A stretch of 50,389 bases of DNA from an uncultured bacterium. Lineage in GTDB: Bacteria; Hinthialibacterota; Hinthialibacteria; Hinthialibacterales; Hinthialibacteraceae. Both the position numbers and the translations under genes were made by a program. Shown here piece by piece: positions 48,709 to 50,389 of the stretch (position 1 is its first letter; every line of letters begins with the position of its first letter). Under the pieces are notes generated by a model. That model did not search any database, was not told the origin of the DNA, and saw nothing but the letters and a program-made list of their open reading frames with translations. The stretch lies in contig CAYVAZ010000002.1 of the NCBI GenBank assembly GCA_964449065.1, forward strand, positions 1-50,389. The letters run 5' to 3'.

Positions 48709-49335
48709 TTACTGCTGAAAATACAAATCCTTATAATCTTCCTGGCTTAGACGGATCACTTCATGCGCCTCTTTGTGATCATACACATGCGTAATCTCAC
48801 AAACCAAATTGGGGTTATCCGGCGCTTGCTTATAGGTAAGGAAATAATGCTTTAGCCGCTGAATGGTGGAGTCTTGGCATTCGCTAATATCCTGGATTTT
48901 ACCATAATATACATCCCCTTTTAACACGGCGACAATTTTGTCATCTGCTTCGTTTCCATCCAGCATACGAAACCCGCCAATGGGGATGACATCCACAAGT
49001 ACATTGCCTTTTGTCAAATTGGTTTCACACAAGACAAGGATATCCAACGGATCGCTATCTCCTTCTATCCCGGTTTTACCGGATTTGTCCATACAAAATT
49101 GAGCAATCCGCTTGCCGCAATAGGTCTGCGGGATCAAGCCATACAACGCCGGACAGATATTGGAAAACCGCTGCGGCCGGTCAACCCGAAGAATACCGGA
49201 ATCTTTATCCAGTTCATATTTAACCGTATCCGTAGGGACAATTTCTATATAACACCGAATTTCCTGCGGTGCTTTTTTGCCGATATAGACACCATGCCAG
49301 GGATGCGCTCTGTAATGACGGTCTTGGTTTCTCAT
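48709..49335 (-). CDS. ppa: Family I inorganic pyrophosphatase
   Basis: HPWHG, KYELDK, YGLIPQTY, DSDPLDILV, DDKIVAV, FLTYK. Confidence 0.93.
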   Translation of the reverse strand: MRNQDRHYRAHPWHGVYIGKKAPQEIRCYIEIVPTDTVKYELDKDSGILRVDRPQRFSNICPALYGLIPQTYCGKRIAQFCMDKSGKTGIEGDSDPLDILVLCETNLTKGNVLVDVIPIGGFRMLDGNEADDKIVAVLKGDVYYGKIQDISECQDSTIQRLKHYFLTYKQAPDNPNLVCEITHVYDHKEAHEVIRLSQEDYKDLYFQQ

Positions 49336-49769
49336 ATTCGTTCCGCGTGTTTTCCATTTTTCTTGGGTTCGGCTTTTTGTTTTCTACTCTTCTTTTTCTT
49401 CTCTAAATAATCCGCAAATGCTTCGGGGGTTTCGATTTCAATATAATCCGTCCCCCAGCCTTCAAACACGGTGTGAAAATCGCAATTGTCAGTTGAGTAT
49501 TCCCGGCAAGTTTCGGGACGGGTCTCGTAGATGGTACATTCGTTTTTCATTCCCAATTTTTCGCAGGGGGTAGGCACCTTTACCTGCCAATCGTCATCCG
49601 CAATCAGAATCGTGATCCCTTCATGCAACAAATACCAGCGGATATCATCTTTCTCGCGTTTGGTTGTGGGTTTATCGATTCGAATTGTGATGTAATTGCA
49701 GCACAATCCAACGCATTTATCGCATAAGGTGCCTTGAAGCACATTGAGTTCTGTCTTGACTTTAGGCAT
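49332..49769 (-). CDS. YkgJ-family (CxxCxxCC) cysteine-cluster protein
   Basis: CDKCVGLCC...PCEKL...CTIYETRPETCREY; GGAGG RBS; ATGA overlap with ppa. Confidence 0.88.
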   Translation of the reverse strand: MPKVKTELNVLQGTLCDKCVGLCCNYITIRIDKPTTKREKDDIRWYLLHEGITILIADDDWQVKVPTPCEKLGMKNECTIYETRPETCREYSTDNCDFHTVFEGWGTDYIEIETPEAFADYLEKKKKSRKQKAEPKKNGKHAERI

Positions 49770-49779
49770 AATGCCTCCG

Positions 49780-49809
49780 TTATGTATAATTCACTTATGT
49801 ATAATTCAC
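49780..49809. repeat. Perfect 15-bp tandem duplication in a divergent intergenic region
   Basis: ttatgtataattcac x2, overlapping the palindrome ttcact-g-agtgaa (49805-49817). Confidence 0.85.
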
Positions 49810-49920
49810 TGAGTGAAAACCCCATGAACTGTAAAATCGAAATTATAGAACAGATTGGCATAGAAACCAGTTAAATTGATTGATCTCTTCTACATTATCA
49901 CAAAAAGGAACACGCAGCGA

Positions 49921-50337
49921 ATGCAAAACAAGAAAGTGATCTATTTATGCGGGCCCATCATGGGTGAAGTGGATGGAGAAGCGGCAAACTGGCGTCACGA
50001 AGCGACAGCAAAACTAAAAGAGCGGTTTTCCTTGCTGGACCCCATGCGGCGTGATTTTAAAGACAACGAAGTCGATAGCGCCAATGAAATCGTGGAGTTT
50101 GATCTGCAGGACATCCGGGATGCGGACATCCTGTTGGTCAACTACAGCAAACCCAGCATCGGTACCGCCATGGAAGTGTTTTACGCTTCTCACGATTTGG
50201 GGAAATTTGTAGTCGCGTTTTCACCCTTCCCCTTTCAAGACTGTAACCCTTGGATGGTAAAATTCACCACCAAAATACTACCGAGTCTGGATGCAGCCAT
50301 CCAATACATTGACCGCCATTTTCCGGATTCTGTATAA
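49921..50337 (+). CDS. Nucleoside 2-deoxyribosyltransferase-family protein
   Basis: ATG at 49921; IYLCGPI, WR, LDPMRR, EFDLQDIRDADILLV, SIGTAME. Confidence 0.85.
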   Translation: MQNKKVIYLCGPIMGEVDGEAANWRHEATAKLKERFSLLDPMRRDFKDNEVDSANEIVEFDLQDIRDADILLVNYSKPSIGTAMEVFYASHDLGKFVVAFSPFPFQDCNPWMVKFTTKILPSLDAAIQYIDRHFPDSV

Positions 50338-50389
50338 CTCATGTTACGCACTACATTATGATATACCCGTTTTTCTAATCGTTCGCTGA

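Noticed and set aside
1..50389. CRISPR array, rRNA, integrase or intact transposase
   Set aside because: No regularly spaced direct repeats with unique spacers and no ORF with such motifs were seen.

Overview
Bacterial chromosomal window from a draft assembly (one 10-N gap at 33342-33351). The host is probably diderm (MCE/Mla components, a DUF481-type barrel, a Tat-exported sulfatase); taxonomy cannot be fixed from the sequence alone. Most of it is housekeeping and envelope genes: folC, crcB, a Gld-like ABC cluster, mlaF/mlaD-glxK-trkA, a very long PpiD-like chaperone, a carbohydrate-use cluster, phoH/7TM-HD/ybeY/CorC, tRNA-Ala(GGC), icd, an EAL protein, leuCD and ppa. The most unusual part is a small island at 1.88-3.53 kb. 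It holds REP-like palindromes, an intact higA with a doubly inactivated higB, and a stand-alone, translationally coupled pair of a JAB/MPN-motif gene and an immunity-like gene with a candidate promoter and operator, a possible new toxin-antitoxin or defence module. Also notable: two copies of a CTAG-bounded MITE-like element (1-112, 16905-17006), a protein with four copies of an unrecognised repeat (7198-7863), a possible shared C-terminal tail on secreted proteins, and an icd-DUF6671-like pair downstream of the tRNA. Family names come from motif recognition, not database searches.
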